NCBI GenBank assembly: GCA_964607575.1
Contig: CAZSLS010000004.1
Span: 22,960 to 86,959, forward strand
DNA: 64,000 bases
From: an uncultured Planctomycetaceae bacterium
GTDB taxonomy: Bacteria > Planctomycetota > Phycisphaerae > SM23-33
Direction: 5' to 3'
Shown here one piece after another: positions 18,820 through 29,146 of the stretch. The notes under the pieces are model-generated. The model saw only the letters and a program-made list of their open reading frames with translations, had not been told where the DNA came from and did no database searches. Each line of letters begins with the position of its first letter. The stretch's first letter is position 1. The translations under genes and the position numbers were made by a program.

Positions 18820-20829
18820 TCATGCCTGGGGCGCCTTTTTGCCCCTTCGTGCGAAGTGGGCGATCAGGACCATCAGGAAGAACAACCCGACCCCGCCCAG
18901 CCCGACCCATCCGCCGCCCCACATGCCCGGAAGGCCTCTGGTTTTCTTCCAGGCCATGTAGACACTACCGATCAACACGGCGAATACACCCACGAGCATC
19001 AGCAGATTCCAGAACCATCTCAGCAGGCCCCTGGGCATGTCGTCGCCAAGGAGCTTCCTCTGGTTCAGCAGCAGCGCGAATGTCGTGTAGGCGATCGGTA
19101 TGACTATGAACCCGATCACGGAAGTCGGAATCGCCAGGAACGGCGCCGCGCCGGACCAGATGAACGGTCCGAGTACGCCTACTGCCGGTAGCATGCACCC
19201 AAAACGATATAACCAACCCTTCGACGGGAGATCGACCATCTCGCAGACGGTGAAACCGTTTATCAGCATAAGAATAATGATACTGGAGACCGCCATGCCC
19301 ACCACGCCGATACCGAAGACGTAATGCGCCACCACATCACCCGTTAGCGGCGAGAGGGCTTTGGCCAGGTGGATCGAATCCCGCCTTACCAGCATAGCGG
19401 CAAGTTTGCGGTCGGGCAGCGGGAGCTGTTTGATTCTCTCGTCGAGCAGGGCGGCGGTTTCCTTCTTGGTCAGTTTCGAACCCTTACCGAATTGCGATTC
19501 GTAGGCGCTGGCGCCCATCTCGTGTTTGACGCGTGCGGTGGCTTGTTTCTTGTACCCGCCAAGGAGTTTCTTGTCGACCGGTAGGACGCTGCCTTTGCCC
19601 GATTCGTCCAGAACGGGCATCAGGACGCTCATCTTGTCAGCGCGAAGTGCGTACCCAATGAACTTCTGATCGTTGACGATGGGGAGAAGAGCGGCAGCCG
19701 CCTTCCCGGGGAAGAGTTTCCTGGCTTCGTCCTTGAGATTATCTTTGTAGTTCTCCGCCACGATCGTCTCGAGTTCCGCGAGTTTCTGCTCTTCGGACAT
19801 GTCTGCAAAGCCCGCCGTGGATGTCTTGTCTACGATCCTGATGGCGGATTCTTCGGCGGAGAACGGAACGCACGGTTTGTGGTGGAACTGTGCGGCCGCG
19901 GCGATAACGACGCACCCGGTGGCCAGGATGAACGGAATGAACAGGCCTGTCGAAAGGTCAAACACCGCCAGACCGCGGAACTTCTTGTTCCATCCTCGTT
20001 TCAACATTGAGTACGGTAGGAGGAAGGTCATGTTGATACCGACGGCGGTCGCGGCGGCTGCTATCAGGACATCCACCTGTTCATTGACTATCTTGGTTGA
20101 CCAGAATTCGCCATAGTTGCCCGCATCGGACAATATTCCGCTGAATCTCTCCGCCGGTTCCCAGAACATCGTGATGTCCGGTATGAACCCGTTACCGATC
20201 GCTCCCCAATTCAGTACGCCCTCTTTGGACATATAGACCACAACGCCGACAAACGAGATAACGATGACGGCGACCATGAGCTTCAGCAGGATGTTGAACA
20301 GCTTAAGACCCCATCCGCCCGAATCGTATAGGAACACTATGGTTATGCACAGCACCGCGATTACGCCCGATATCCAGGCCTTGGAGGTGAAGGGGTCCAT
20401 CTGGCTGAATGTCTCGGGCATCAGGTTTTGCGTCATCCCGCCCCAAGCCAGATTGAACTGCGGAAGAGCCCATACGCAGTTGGCCAATAACGTTGCGAGA
20501 ATCCAGCCCCAACCCAAGACAGGGTTTACGTGCGTTTTGATGGCCTGGAAGGGCTTCTCGCCCGTCGACAGAGTTACGTAACTGATCGCACTGAGCATGA
20601 TGATACCGATGATCATCGCTACCGGTTGGAGCCAGAGCAGTGAGAAACCCGCCAGCACGCCCAAGTACAAACTAGCGCCCAGCGACCCGCCACCAAGCGT
20701 TATCGCGCTCTGCAACCAACCGGGCCCCGACAGCCTGAAATACGCACCAAGCGTTGCTATGCGTCCCTTGGCCTGGGCCTTTTCGATTGTCTGGAGATCT
20801 CTATCTGCACCCGAATTCTCTGTTGTCAT
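18820..20829 (-). CDS. NRAMP-related (APC superfamily) transporter
   Basis: About 11-12 TM segments; GPGWLQSAITLGGGS in TM1; AVGINMTFLLPYS; large soluble insert. ATG 20829 is preferred over TTG 20847. Confidence 0.78.
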   Translation of the reverse strand: MTTENSGADRDLQTIEKAQAKGRIATLGAYFRLSGPGWLQSAITLGGGSLGASLYLGVLAGFSLLWLQPVAMIIGIIMLSAISYVTLSTGEKPFQAIKTHVNPVLGWGWILATLLANCVWALPQFNLAWGGMTQNLMPETFSQMDPFTSKAWISGVIAVLCITIVFLYDSGGWGLKLFNILLKLMVAVIVISFVGVVVYMSKEGVLNWGAIGNGFIPDITMFWEPAERFSGILSDAGNYGEFWSTKIVNEQVDVLIAAAATAVGINMTFLLPYSMLKRGWNKKFRGLAVFDLSTGLFIPFILATGCVVIAAAAQFHHKPCVPFSAEESAIRIVDKTSTAGFADMSEEQKLAELETIVAENYKDNLKDEARKLFPGKAAAALLPIVNDQKFIGYALRADKMSVLMPVLDESGKGSVLPVDKKLLGGYKKQATARVKHEMGASAYESQFGKGSKLTKKETAALLDERIKQLPLPDRKLAAMLVRRDSIHLAKALSPLTGDVVAHYVFGIGVVGMAVSSIIILMLINGFTVCEMVDLPSKGWLYRFGCMLPAVGVLGPFIWSGAAPFLAIPTSVIGFIVIPIAYTTFALLLNQRKLLGDDMPRGLLRWFWNLLMLVGVFAVLIGSVYMAWKKTRGLPGMWGGGWVGLGGVGLFFLMVLIAHFARRGKKAPQA

Positions 20830-20843
20830 ATGCCTGTGCCTCG

Positions 20844-22031
20844 TCAATCCAATGTCGTTATGGGAACTTCCGCGCCCTTCTGCTCAGCCGAAACGTACGC
20901 GCTGTAAATTGTTGTGATGCAGTCTGCGGCAAGCGTGATATTCGACTCCACCGGATCACCGTATGCAATCGTCCGGTAGAACGCCTCGATCTCCTGGGGA
21001 TAGCCCGTAAACCAGTCTTCATCCGGCGAGGGGGTCGACCAGCCGGCCTTCGTACCGGTTTTCTCGACAACGTATATGTCGTCGAAATTCGACTCCAGGC
21101 AGTTGTAGGTCTTCATCGCCGTGTTCGGATTGATGTTGCAGATGCTGCGATGGTTATTGGCGGCCACTTCGATACAGTTATGAATACCGCCCACTATGAT
21201 GTCGGAAGCGAAGATGTCGGCGATGGTCCCGTCTTCGAACACAACGTGCATCATCGAAAAATCGTCGATGTCGTGGTAGTCGTTGCGGATGTGCCCTTCG
21301 TCGCGGAAACTGTCCATACGCGTAAGTGCATGGGTCCGCGCCGAAATGCTCGCCGGACGGATCGGTTTACCGTTTCGCGCGTTTCCTTCGACTCGTTTGA
21401 GGTACAACGCCGCCGACAGCGGATGACATCCCTTACCGATCATCACCCCGCCGCCGGAGTACTTCCACTGCGCGTAGGTTTTTGCGTGCGAACCGGAGTG
21501 GGCCTCTTCACCGTGGATCCACAGTATCTGGGCGCCGGTCTTCTCGATGATCTCGCGTTCCTTCTGGATCGCCGGGGCGTAGACCCAATTCTCGGCGTAG
21601 AGGACTTGTCCCTTGCTGGCATGCTCGGCTGCGATCATACGCTCGACCGACGCGATAGCCTCGTCCAACGCCGTCTGCTTGCAGCACGTATCGCCGTTGA
21701 AGTCATCCGATCCGTCGCCGAAGTACCCGGTCAGCGGTTTTTCGACGATGACGAACTTGTCCTTCTGGAGGGCCGCGACGGCGACCTCTTCGTGTGCGGT
21801 TGCCGTCGTGCAGACGTGGACAACGTCGACGCTGTCGATCATTTCATCGAGGCTGTCGAACGCCTGTATGTCGCGTTGGGACGCATAATCCTTAGTTTGT
21901 TCGGCGTCTATAGCGAACACGCCTACAACCTCGGGACTCGTGCCATAGACCTTCTTTATCGCTTCGAAGTGGAACGAGGCGGAGAACCCCGCACCTGCAA
22001 TTCCGCTGCGAACATCCTGTTTTTTGGCCAT
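20844..22031 (-). CDS. Cytoplasmic Gfo/Idh/MocA family oxidoreductase
   Basis: GIAGAGFSASFH Rossmann motif, VEKPL, YAENWVYAP, GGGVMIGKGCHPL. Start MAKKQDV at 22031. Confidence 0.9.
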   Translation of the reverse strand: MAKKQDVRSGIAGAGFSASFHFEAIKKVYGTSPEVVGVFAIDAEQTKDYASQRDIQAFDSLDEMIDSVDVVHVCTTATAHEEVAVAALQKDKFVIVEKPLTGYFGDGSDDFNGDTCCKQTALDEAIASVERMIAAEHASKGQVLYAENWVYAPAIQKEREIIEKTGAQILWIHGEEAHSGSHAKTYAQWKYSGGGVMIGKGCHPLSAALYLKRVEGNARNGKPIRPASISARTHALTRMDSFRDEGHIRNDYHDIDDFSMMHVVFEDGTIADIFASDIIVGGIHNCIEVAANNHRSICNINPNTAMKTYNCLESNFDDIYVVEKTGTKAGWSTPSPDEDWFTGYPQEIEAFYRTIAYGDPVESNITLAADCITTIYSAYVSAEQKGAEVPITTLD

Positions 22032-22181
22032 GCGTGTATTCCTGATAGCGATGTATCCCTCCGGCAGGAGACTATGATGCCAATCATGCCCCCCGACTGC
22101 AAGCGAATTGTCCCGCCGCGGCGTGTCGAACGCCCCTTGCCCCGCCGGATTAACAGTGTAAACTCTTCTTGAGGAGATACC

Positions 22182-25118
22182 GTGATCAAACGTTTTAGCA
22201 TACTGAACTGGATGTTGCTGGTTGTTGTCTGCGGTCCGGCTTGGGGCGCGCCGGTCGTGGATGTTCGCAAGCAGATCGAGGCTGATTGGACCCGCCAGGA
22301 GCGGGTCACACGCAAGCAGATACCCGCCCATGGGATCAAAGGGGCGGTGAAGCGCGGGCGGTTGATGATAGCTGACTTCCGCAAGGCCGGAGCGGGCGCC
22401 GCCGCGGACCGAGCGGCTGCCAAACTCGACGCCGTCGAGGCCAAATGTAAAATCTTTGCTGAAAAGAGCGTTTCGGTCGAAGCCCTGGAAAAAGTCTACT
22501 TTGAAGCCAGATGGGCCGTTAGAGAGTTATCGTTCGCTAATCCGAAACTAGACTTCAAGGAACTGCTGTTCGTGCGTCGCAACTGGCCGCGACGGAACCA
22601 CCAGTGCTCGCATCGCGTTGGTGAGGACCAGATCCCCGGCGCGAACATCTGCATACTCTCACCGTTGTCGCCGGACGGTAAGGTGCGCAACGTGCTGTCG
22701 GGCAAGTATGCAGCCGGTGGGATCGGGCGCCCGGACCTGTCGTACGACGCCAAACGCATCGCCTTTCCCTACGCTGCCCTGCGCGCCAAGCCCACAAAGT
22801 ACGGATACGGCTTGCCCGATGTGCGCGGCGGGGCGTGCGTGTCTTACGATATCTTCGAGGTGGGCGTCGACGGCGAGGGTCTCAAGCGCCTGACGAATGA
22901 CGCGAAGAACGAAGACACCGAACCGTGCTACCTGCCCGACAGGCGGATAGCGTTTACGTCGTCGCGGGCAGGGCGCCTTGTCCAGTGCGGCGATTGGGCC
23001 CTGGCCTGCGGGATATATTCGATGAAGTCCGACGGCAGCAATGTCCGCCGGATAACCGAACCGAAGGAAGGCGAGTTTTACCCGAGCATGCTCGATGATG
23101 GGCGGATCATGTACACTCGCTGGGATTACGTGATGAAGGGGTATAACGTTATCCAGCAGCTCTGGGCGGTCAATCCCGACGGCAGGCGCGCCCAGTTAGT
23201 CTACGGCGACCACTACGCATTTTCCCGCGGTCCGATCGCCTTCCAGGAAGCCAGACAAATACCCGGCACGAGCAGGGTGATATGCGTTGGTGCGGCCCAT
23301 CATAATAGCGGGGTGGGCCCGATCATGATCGTGGACATGGCGGGTAATCGCGGTGGTCCGGAGTCGATGCGCAGAATAACCCCACAAGTCGGATACCCCG
23401 AACTCTACATGCCCAGCGAAGTGTTGGGAAAATACAAGAATTCGCGGCACGCCGCTCGCGGGCGCATGGATGCCGGATGGTATTCCAGCCCGTATCCGCT
23501 GAGTGAGAACCAGTTCCTCGCGTCGTATTCGTTCGATAAGAACAATAACTCCGTACACGGGTACGCGCTGTACCTCTGCGACGTTCATGGTAATCGCGAC
23601 CTGATCTATCGCGGTGATGGTTTCTCGTGTTATTCACCGATCCCGATTCGCCCTCGAAAAAAGCCGCGGATCATCCCCGACATGGTCAAAGGCGTGGACC
23701 CCAAAACGCCCGGGGTACTCACCGTTTCGAATATCTACAAGGGGCTCGACGGGATCAAGCCTGGCGAGGTTAAGTATCTGCGAGTACTCGAAACGTATTC
23801 GAAAACCGTCCACACCACGCCCCAGCGGTGCGATATCGGAGTCGCAAGCGGATGGGATCCTCGCGGAGTCCTGGGCGTTGTTCCGGTCGAGGCTGACGGA
23901 TCTGTCCATTTTGAGGTCCCCCCGTTCAAGCAGATATTCTTCGAGGCGCTGGACAAGGATTATCTCGAGATTCGTCGGATGCGTAATTTCATGAACGTTA
24001 TGCCCGGTGAGAAAACCGGTTGTATCGGATGTCACGAGCCTTACGGTACGCTTCCGGGCAAGGCCGGTCCCGGTGGACCGATAGCGATGAAGCGTCCGCC
24101 GTCGAAGCTGATTGCCCCGCCCTGGGGCGACGGCGCCATCGGTTTCAAGCGCGTGGTCCAACCGGTGCTCGACCGCAATTGCATAAGCTGTCACGACGGT
24201 TCGCCCAAAACCGACAAGGACAGCAAGAAATCGTTCGACCTTCGCGGGCTGCAGATGGTGATTGCTCCGGCGCCTTACGATCGCGATCAGGGCCCGCAGC
24301 ACGCGGTGTCCGATTCGTTCCTGAAGTTGCTGGGGTACGTTTCGTACGTTAAGGTTGGAGGGCACAAGGGACTCAGGTTACCGTTGCTGACGAACGCGAC
24401 CGGTTCGCGGGTGAGCAAGCTTATGAAGGTGCTCGCCGACGGCGGGCACTACAAGGTCAAGCTAAAGACGGACCACTGGCGTGCGTTTGCGGCGTGGATC
24501 GACTGCAACGCTCCGTTCTACGGCGGTTGGGACGAGATCGTGCTTAAGGGTACCAGAGCGCCTCGGCGCCGCAAGTTGATGGTGAATAACGGACCGGCCA
24601 CGATCGCACGCAGGAAGGCAATCACTGGTAAGCTGCCTACCGGTGTGAAGCTCGATGCATTTTTGAATTGCGGCGCCCGGCAGGTTAACGATAAGAAAGA
24701 CGCCGTCCGAATCACCCAGACGCGCGGGCAGAGTTATAGTTTCACCAGGGCGAAGATCGCCGGCCTGTCTCCGACGCAGGGGCTCATCGCCTTCGATGAC
24801 AAGGAAGTTATCTTCGAGATCAGCGGTTTGAGCGGCCGCGGGCGCTGCAGCGTCACCCTGACCTGGTGGGACTACGACACCACCGAGCGTAAGCAGAGCG
24901 TGTGGATATCGAATACCGACGGTAGCGGTAAGGCCTGCGCAATCAAACCTGCATCTCTACCGAACTACAAGAGCAGAAGACAACTGCCCGCCGAGATATC
25001 GTTTACGCTCGATGAGGCGCGGATCAAAGCAGGCAAATGTAAACTCGCCATCCGCAAGGAAGCGAAATACAACGCGGTGATTAGCGAAATATGGGTTACG
25101 TCAAAAAGCGCTCGCTGA
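22182..25118 (+). CDS. Second HzsA-like protein (propeller + HZS-alpha middle domain + two CxxCH + C-terminal beta domain)
   Basis: Signal peptide; ELLFVRR, DTEPCYLPD, DGRIMYTRWDY; GVVPVEADGSVHFEVP...FFEALD...PGEKTGCIGCHE; QPVLDRNCISCHD; WIDCNAPFYG. Confidence 0.8.
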   Translation: MIKRFSILNWMLLVVVCGPAWGAPVVDVRKQIEADWTRQERVTRKQIPAHGIKGAVKRGRLMIADFRKAGAGAAADRAAAKLDAVEAKCKIFAEKSVSVEALEKVYFEARWAVRELSFANPKLDFKELLFVRRNWPRRNHQCSHRVGEDQIPGANICILSPLSPDGKVRNVLSGKYAAGGIGRPDLSYDAKRIAFPYAALRAKPTKYGYGLPDVRGGACVSYDIFEVGVDGEGLKRLTNDAKNEDTEPCYLPDRRIAFTSSRAGRLVQCGDWALACGIYSMKSDGSNVRRITEPKEGEFYPSMLDDGRIMYTRWDYVMKGYNVIQQLWAVNPDGRRAQLVYGDHYAFSRGPIAFQEARQIPGTSRVICVGAAHHNSGVGPIMIVDMAGNRGGPESMRRITPQVGYPELYMPSEVLGKYKNSRHAARGRMDAGWYSSPYPLSENQFLASYSFDKNNNSVHGYALYLCDVHGNRDLIYRGDGFSCYSPIPIRPRKKPRIIPDMVKGVDPKTPGVLTVSNIYKGLDGIKPGEVKYLRVLETYSKTVHTTPQRCDIGVASGWDPRGVLGVVPVEADGSVHFEVPPFKQIFFEALDKDYLEIRRMRNFMNVMPGEKTGCIGCHEPYGTLPGKAGPGGPIAMKRPPSKLIAPPWGDGAIGFKRVVQPVLDRNCISCHDGSPKTDKDSKKSFDLRGLQMVIAPAPYDRDQGPQHAVSDSFLKLLGYVSYVKVGGHKGLRLPLLTNATGSRVSKLMKVLADGGHYKVKLKTDHWRAFAAWIDCNAPFYGGWDEIVLKGTRAPRRRKLMVNNGPATIARRKAITGKLPTGVKLDAFLNCGARQVNDKKDAVRITQTRGQSYSFTRAKIAGLSPTQGLIAFDDKEVIFEISGLSGRGRCSVTLTWWDYDTTERKQSVWISNTDGSGKACAIKPASLPNYKSRRQLPAEISFTLDEARIKAGKCKLAIRKEAKYNAVISEIWVTSKSAR

Positions 25119-25201
25119 AATCTGCATGAGTACAACACCCGCCTGAATTTGAGAGGACTCTCCCGGCAGCGGCTCGGATGGCGGGCATTAGCGGGGGAGG
25201 T

Positions 25202-28200
25202 TTACTTGCTCTTTATATCCCAGAGGGCGTTGGGGTTGGCGATGAATCGCGATATCGGTTTGCTCTTGTTGTAGTCTTTGGTGATGAGATGCGCCTCGTA
25301 CCGATTGCCGATACCGGATGTGTGCTTGATCTGCCGACCGGGTTTCAGCCGGGCAAATCCCTGGAGACTGCCCCAGCGGCTGAGAATGAACAAAGCGACT
25401 TCCTTCCCGCTGCCATTACGCACTGTGACCGAACACCGAGGGGCGTACGAGGTCGAAGGACTCCTGTGCAAGGAATGTACCCTCACGTTGGGCATTGCGG
25501 TCTTCAGTTTGGCAGCGGCCTCCTTCGATACGCCGGAAGTCCTTGTCACAGCCACGAAACTCAGTCCGGGCAGCTTTTTGAGCAGCATTAGACCGTTGTC
25601 GCCCCCTTTCCAGTTGCGGCCGATCAGGGCGTTAACGATATCCCCTCCATCCAACTGCCGGGTCGGATCCAAGGCGAACCACAGGGTCACCAGGCCCCTG
25701 TAGTTTACCTCGCCGCCGAGCCTATGGATTTCGAGGACGGTTTCCTTTACCTGCTTGCTGACGTTATTCGACGCCAGTATCCCCGCCAGACCGGGGCGGA
25801 CCTTCATATCCTTCTTACCGAATTTCTCCAGCACCTGCGCCAGACGATACGAAATGGGAAGTTGGCCCGTTACCGCGATTCTGCGCCAATAGAGGGGCCT
25901 GCCACCGGCCGCACGCTTCATTTCAAAGGTGACCTTCTTGCCCTTGTAATTTGCGATGGGGAAAACCAGCGGCGCTCCCCGCCTCATCCAGATCTGTTTG
26001 ACCGGGATCTTTTCGGTCGGGATTGCGACGCCGGCGACGTGCAGCGTAATGCTTCCTATATGGAGGTCCCCACCGTCGGCGTAACCGGCGTCGACGACCA
26101 TCCACTTGTCATCGTCCCCAACCATTATTTCTCTCGACAGGGTCAGCGGTTGTTCTTCGGTGCGGACGGTCGTCAGGAACCGCCCGCCCGCTCCTGATGT
26201 CTCGTCGAACCGGTTCGTCCAGGTGCAGACCTCCGACTTGTCGAGTTTGAGAGTCCATCCGCGCCAGGAGGTGACCTGCGAGGCAATCCGCTTGCGAACC
26301 TCGTTTCCCAAACCGCTCGGGTCGAGCGCGATCTGCGGATCGAGCCAGTCGAACTTGTCGCGGATGTTCAGCGGGTCGGCGCGGGGTGGGTAATTGCGGG
26401 CGACGGGGTCTACCTGGAGAACCAGGCGTTTCGGCGTGTCGGGCCCGCAGGCAAGGGATATCCATCCGGTATCCGCGGTCTTCCGCGAGCCGATCATCAT
26501 AGGGCTTTCGTACCGTGGTTTGGTCTGCGTCGATCCGACGTATATCCGTGCGCGGACGCATCCGCCCGTGTCGACGAAGTGGTCCAGCCCCAGGCGGCAG
26601 TGAAACGACCTGGCGTGCGGTGGAAGCGTGAAGCTCAATTCGCTGCGGGCGTGTACCCCGAAGCCCCAGGCGTATCGCCGCCCGCCGCTACCAAGGAATC
26701 CGCCGGCGACGTTGCGGTCGGCGCGCCACGGCAGCATCGTCGGGTTGACCACGGTGACCGGACGAACGCGGGACAGCGGGACCTTATCGGGAGAAAACGA
26801 CCATCGCATGCGAATGGAACCGAAACGCGTCCACAGCGGATCGAGGCTCCAGACCGGATGGATAATATGTGCCCACGTACTGCTGTCGCCTTGCCGGGGG
26901 TTGGGCGCCGCCGCCCGATGCAGCCTGAGCGTACTGATATGACGCGTGTAATTTGCGTGATTTGCGACCTGAGAATCGAGTTGCTGCTTAAATCTCGCGG
27001 CTTCGGACACCAATGGTTGACGTGCAGTTATGAGCCTCTGCTGTTCGGTTCTGCTGAAGTTCGCGATCTGCTGAGTCCTGTGCTGCCGCAACCTCAAACG
27101 TTCGGATTCGAGTTGTCTCTTGTGCGCTTCCCGCGATTGGGCGCTCCTGGTGCGCAGGTCCCTGATCTGCTTGTCTCGCTGAGCGGCTGGTTTTCCAGCC
27201 AGGCTTTTGGTCAGGTCCGCCTCGGACTTGCGAAGAAGCTCTTCGTGCTTGCGGCGTTTCTCGGCCAGACCGGCTTGGTCTTTCTTTTGCTGCTGGTCCA
27301 TCCGCTGCTTTAACGCGGTAAGGGCTTTGTCGTAGACCTGACGGTCGGCGGCTTGGGCTTTCTGAAATTCGGTAGCCTTGGCGATGCTGTTCTTGCGGGC
27401 CAGATCGACCGCCTTGCCAATCTTGGCCAGGTGGGCTTGGGCCTGTTCGAGTTGGTTGTCATAGTTCATGAGGGTCATCCACGACCGCATCTCTTGGCTG
27501 ACCGTCCTGAAAGGCGAGGCGCGAAATCGCGTTTCACTGGCGGTGGCGATCAGCCCGCCGGTCGTTTCGAACCGAACCAAGCGAGAGCGAAGCGAGGGGC
27601 TCAGCGCCGCCAATTCCCGGTAATACGCCTTCCAGGGATTGATCCCGGGCATGTGAATCTCGGCGATCTCCGAGAGTTTCACGTCGCGCGTTTCCTTGTC
27701 GAGAAGGAGCGTTACCGAATCTTTGCGCCAGCGAACGCTCGCGAAATCCAACCGCCGCCCGTCGGTGCGGTAGAGATTTCCCGGGTTCAACCGGCGTTTC
27801 GAGGGCGGTCCCCAGACTATGCGCTGAATGCGGCCGGGCAGGATGCGAACGTGCCCCGATGGCTTGTAAACGGGCGGATACAACTTCTCGACGGGCTTTA
27901 CGAGGACGTGCGCCGGGATATACTGACCGCTGGTTTTACTGCTCGATTCCGCGCCGACCACTCGCCCGATGATCCGGTCACCGCCGATGAATTCAACATA
28001 ACCGCCGCAGTTGTAGGGCGCTCGCCACGGATTCAGCGCCATATCCCGCAACCAGAGCAGCGGATGCTTCGGGTTCGACAGCGCCACCCCCTCGAGGTGC
28101 GCCGAGCCCGGATGCGCGCCCCAGCCGGACAGATTGTCGCCCGAAACCCGCCGCCTGTCGGCGAATACGGCAAGGTAGCGCCCCGCCCCAGCGGTTGTCC

Positions 28201-28273
28201 GCGCCGGACAGGTCGCCGAAACAACCACCGCCAGCAACATGAATTCAATGGAGACCGTCTTTCTCATGACCAT
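25202..28273 (-). CDS. Exported NPCBM/NEW2-domain protein with long coiled coil
   Basis: Signal-like N-terminus; a ~190-aa Q/K/R/E helical segment; NPCBM signature DRNVAGGFL..GGRRYAWGFGVHARSELSFTLP...F...LGLD. Start is uncertain (28273 or 28267). Confidence 0.65.
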   Translation of the reverse strand: MVMRKTVSIEFMLLAVVVSATCPARTTAGAGRYLAVFADRRRVSGDNLSGWGAHPGSAHLEGVALSNPKHPLLWLRDMALNPWRAPYNCGGYVEFIGGDRIIGRVVGAESSSKTSGQYIPAHVLVKPVEKLYPPVYKPSGHVRILPGRIQRIVWGPPSKRRLNPGNLYRTDGRRLDFASVRWRKDSVTLLLDKETRDVKLSEIAEIHMPGINPWKAYYRELAALSPSLRSRLVRFETTGGLIATASETRFRASPFRTVSQEMRSWMTLMNYDNQLEQAQAHLAKIGKAVDLARKNSIAKATEFQKAQAADRQVYDKALTALKQRMDQQQKKDQAGLAEKRRKHEELLRKSEADLTKSLAGKPAAQRDKQIRDLRTRSAQSREAHKRQLESERLRLRQHRTQQIANFSRTEQQRLITARQPLVSEAARFKQQLDSQVANHANYTRHISTLRLHRAAAPNPRQGDSSTWAHIIHPVWSLDPLWTRFGSIRMRWSFSPDKVPLSRVRPVTVVNPTMLPWRADRNVAGGFLGSGGRRYAWGFGVHARSELSFTLPPHARSFHCRLGLDHFVDTGGCVRARIYVGSTQTKPRYESPMMIGSRKTADTGWISLACGPDTPKRLVLQVDPVARNYPPRADPLNIRDKFDWLDPQIALDPSGLGNEVRKRIASQVTSWRGWTLKLDKSEVCTWTNRFDETSGAGGRFLTTVRTEEQPLTLSREIMVGDDDKWMVVDAGYADGGDLHIGSITLHVAGVAIPTEKIPVKQIWMRRGAPLVFPIANYKGKKVTFEMKRAAGGRPLYWRRIAVTGQLPISYRLAQVLEKFGKKDMKVRPGLAGILASNNVSKQVKETVLEIHRLGGEVNYRGLVTLWFALDPTRQLDGGDIVNALIGRNWKGGDNGLMLLKKLPGLSFVAVTRTSGVSKEAAAKLKTAMPNVRVHSLHRSPSTSYAPRCSVTVRNGSGKEVALFILSRWGSLQGFARLKPGRQIKHTSGIGNRYEAHLITKDYNKSKPISRFIANPNALWDIKSK

Positions 28274-28311
28274 CCATGGCCTCGTTCTTGAATAAGGCCT
28301 TTGTTTATGTG

Positions 28312-28392
28312 ATCCAGCAGTTCGCACTGGAACCAGGCGCTCACTCGCTCCATGGCTTCTTCGTAGTTTGGTTTGCTTTCTGATTTCATCAT
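28312..28392 (-). pseudogene. Possible 5' remnant of a URO-D-like/corrinoid-associated gene
   Basis: MMKSESKPNYEEAMERVSAWFQCELLD resembles, from memory, the N-terminus 'KPDxEEAxERxxAWFxxExxDRP' of uroporphyrinogen-decarboxylase-like proteins; the similarity is lost right after this and the frame stops at 28264. Confidence 0.35.
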
Positions 28393-28458
28393 TTTCAGGA
28401 TGCATGTATCATAAGATCGAGCCGACCGGACGACAATGGAACAAACAGGAGCATCAAA

Positions 28459-29034
28459 ATGAAAGTAGTGGCATTCAACGGAAGCGGACGCAAGAACGGG
28501 AACACGGCGATGCTGATCGAGCACGCCTTCAAACCGCTGGGAGCGGCCGGCATAGAGACGGAAATGCTGCAGCTTGCGGGCAATACGATTCGCGGATGCA
28601 CCGCGTGCTACAAGTGCGTGGAGAACAAGGATCAGCGTTGTGCCATCACCGGCGACATCATCAACGACTGCATCGCCAAGATGATCGAAGCCGACGGAAT
28701 CATCCTGGCCTCGCCAACGTATGTCGCCGACGTCAGCGCCGAACTGAAAGCACTGATCGACCGAGGCCTGGTAGTTACCAGGGTCAACGGTAATCTCCTG
28801 AAGCGCAAGGTTGGCGCCGCGATAGTGGCCGTCCGGCGCGGCGGAGCGATCCACGCATACGATTCAATCAATCACTTCTTCCTGATCAGCCAGATGATCG
28901 TACCCGGATCGAGCTACTGGAACATAGGTATGGGTCGCAATATCGGCGATGTGCAGGAAGACGCCGAGGGCATAGAGACCATGACCGATCTGGGCGAGAA
29001 CATGGCATGGTTGCTGGGGAGAATCGCCGATTAA
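28459..29034 (+). CDS. Iron-sulfur flavoprotein (flavodoxin/FMN reductase family)
   Basis: NGSGRKNGNT; CX2CX2CX7C motif (CTACYKCVENKDQRC); ADGIILASPTY; RRGG; PGSSYWN. SD AGGAG. Confidence 0.9.
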   Translation: MKVVAFNGSGRKNGNTAMLIEHAFKPLGAAGIETEMLQLAGNTIRGCTACYKCVENKDQRCAITGDIINDCIAKMIEADGIILASPTYVADVSAELKALIDRGLVVTRVNGNLLKRKVGAAIVAVRRGGAIHAYDSINHFFLISQMIVPGSSYWNIGMGRNIGDVQEDAEGIETMTDLGENMAWLLGRIAD

Positions 29035-29146
29035 TACGGTGCGAATTGGCGGAATTATCGGGGTGTTTTTATATATTTTATACCTTGTGTCAGCCAGCTT
29101 GTTCGCTACGATCTGATGTTCCACAATAATCAGGCAAGCGGAGAAG

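Noticed and set aside
13774-25118. HzsA-like genes as evidence of anammox (hydrazine synthase)
   Set aside because: No hzsB/hzsC or hydrazine dehydrogenase genes are adjacent. The extra lectin-like domains and carbohydrate-gene context fit the widespread non-anammox HzsA-like family.
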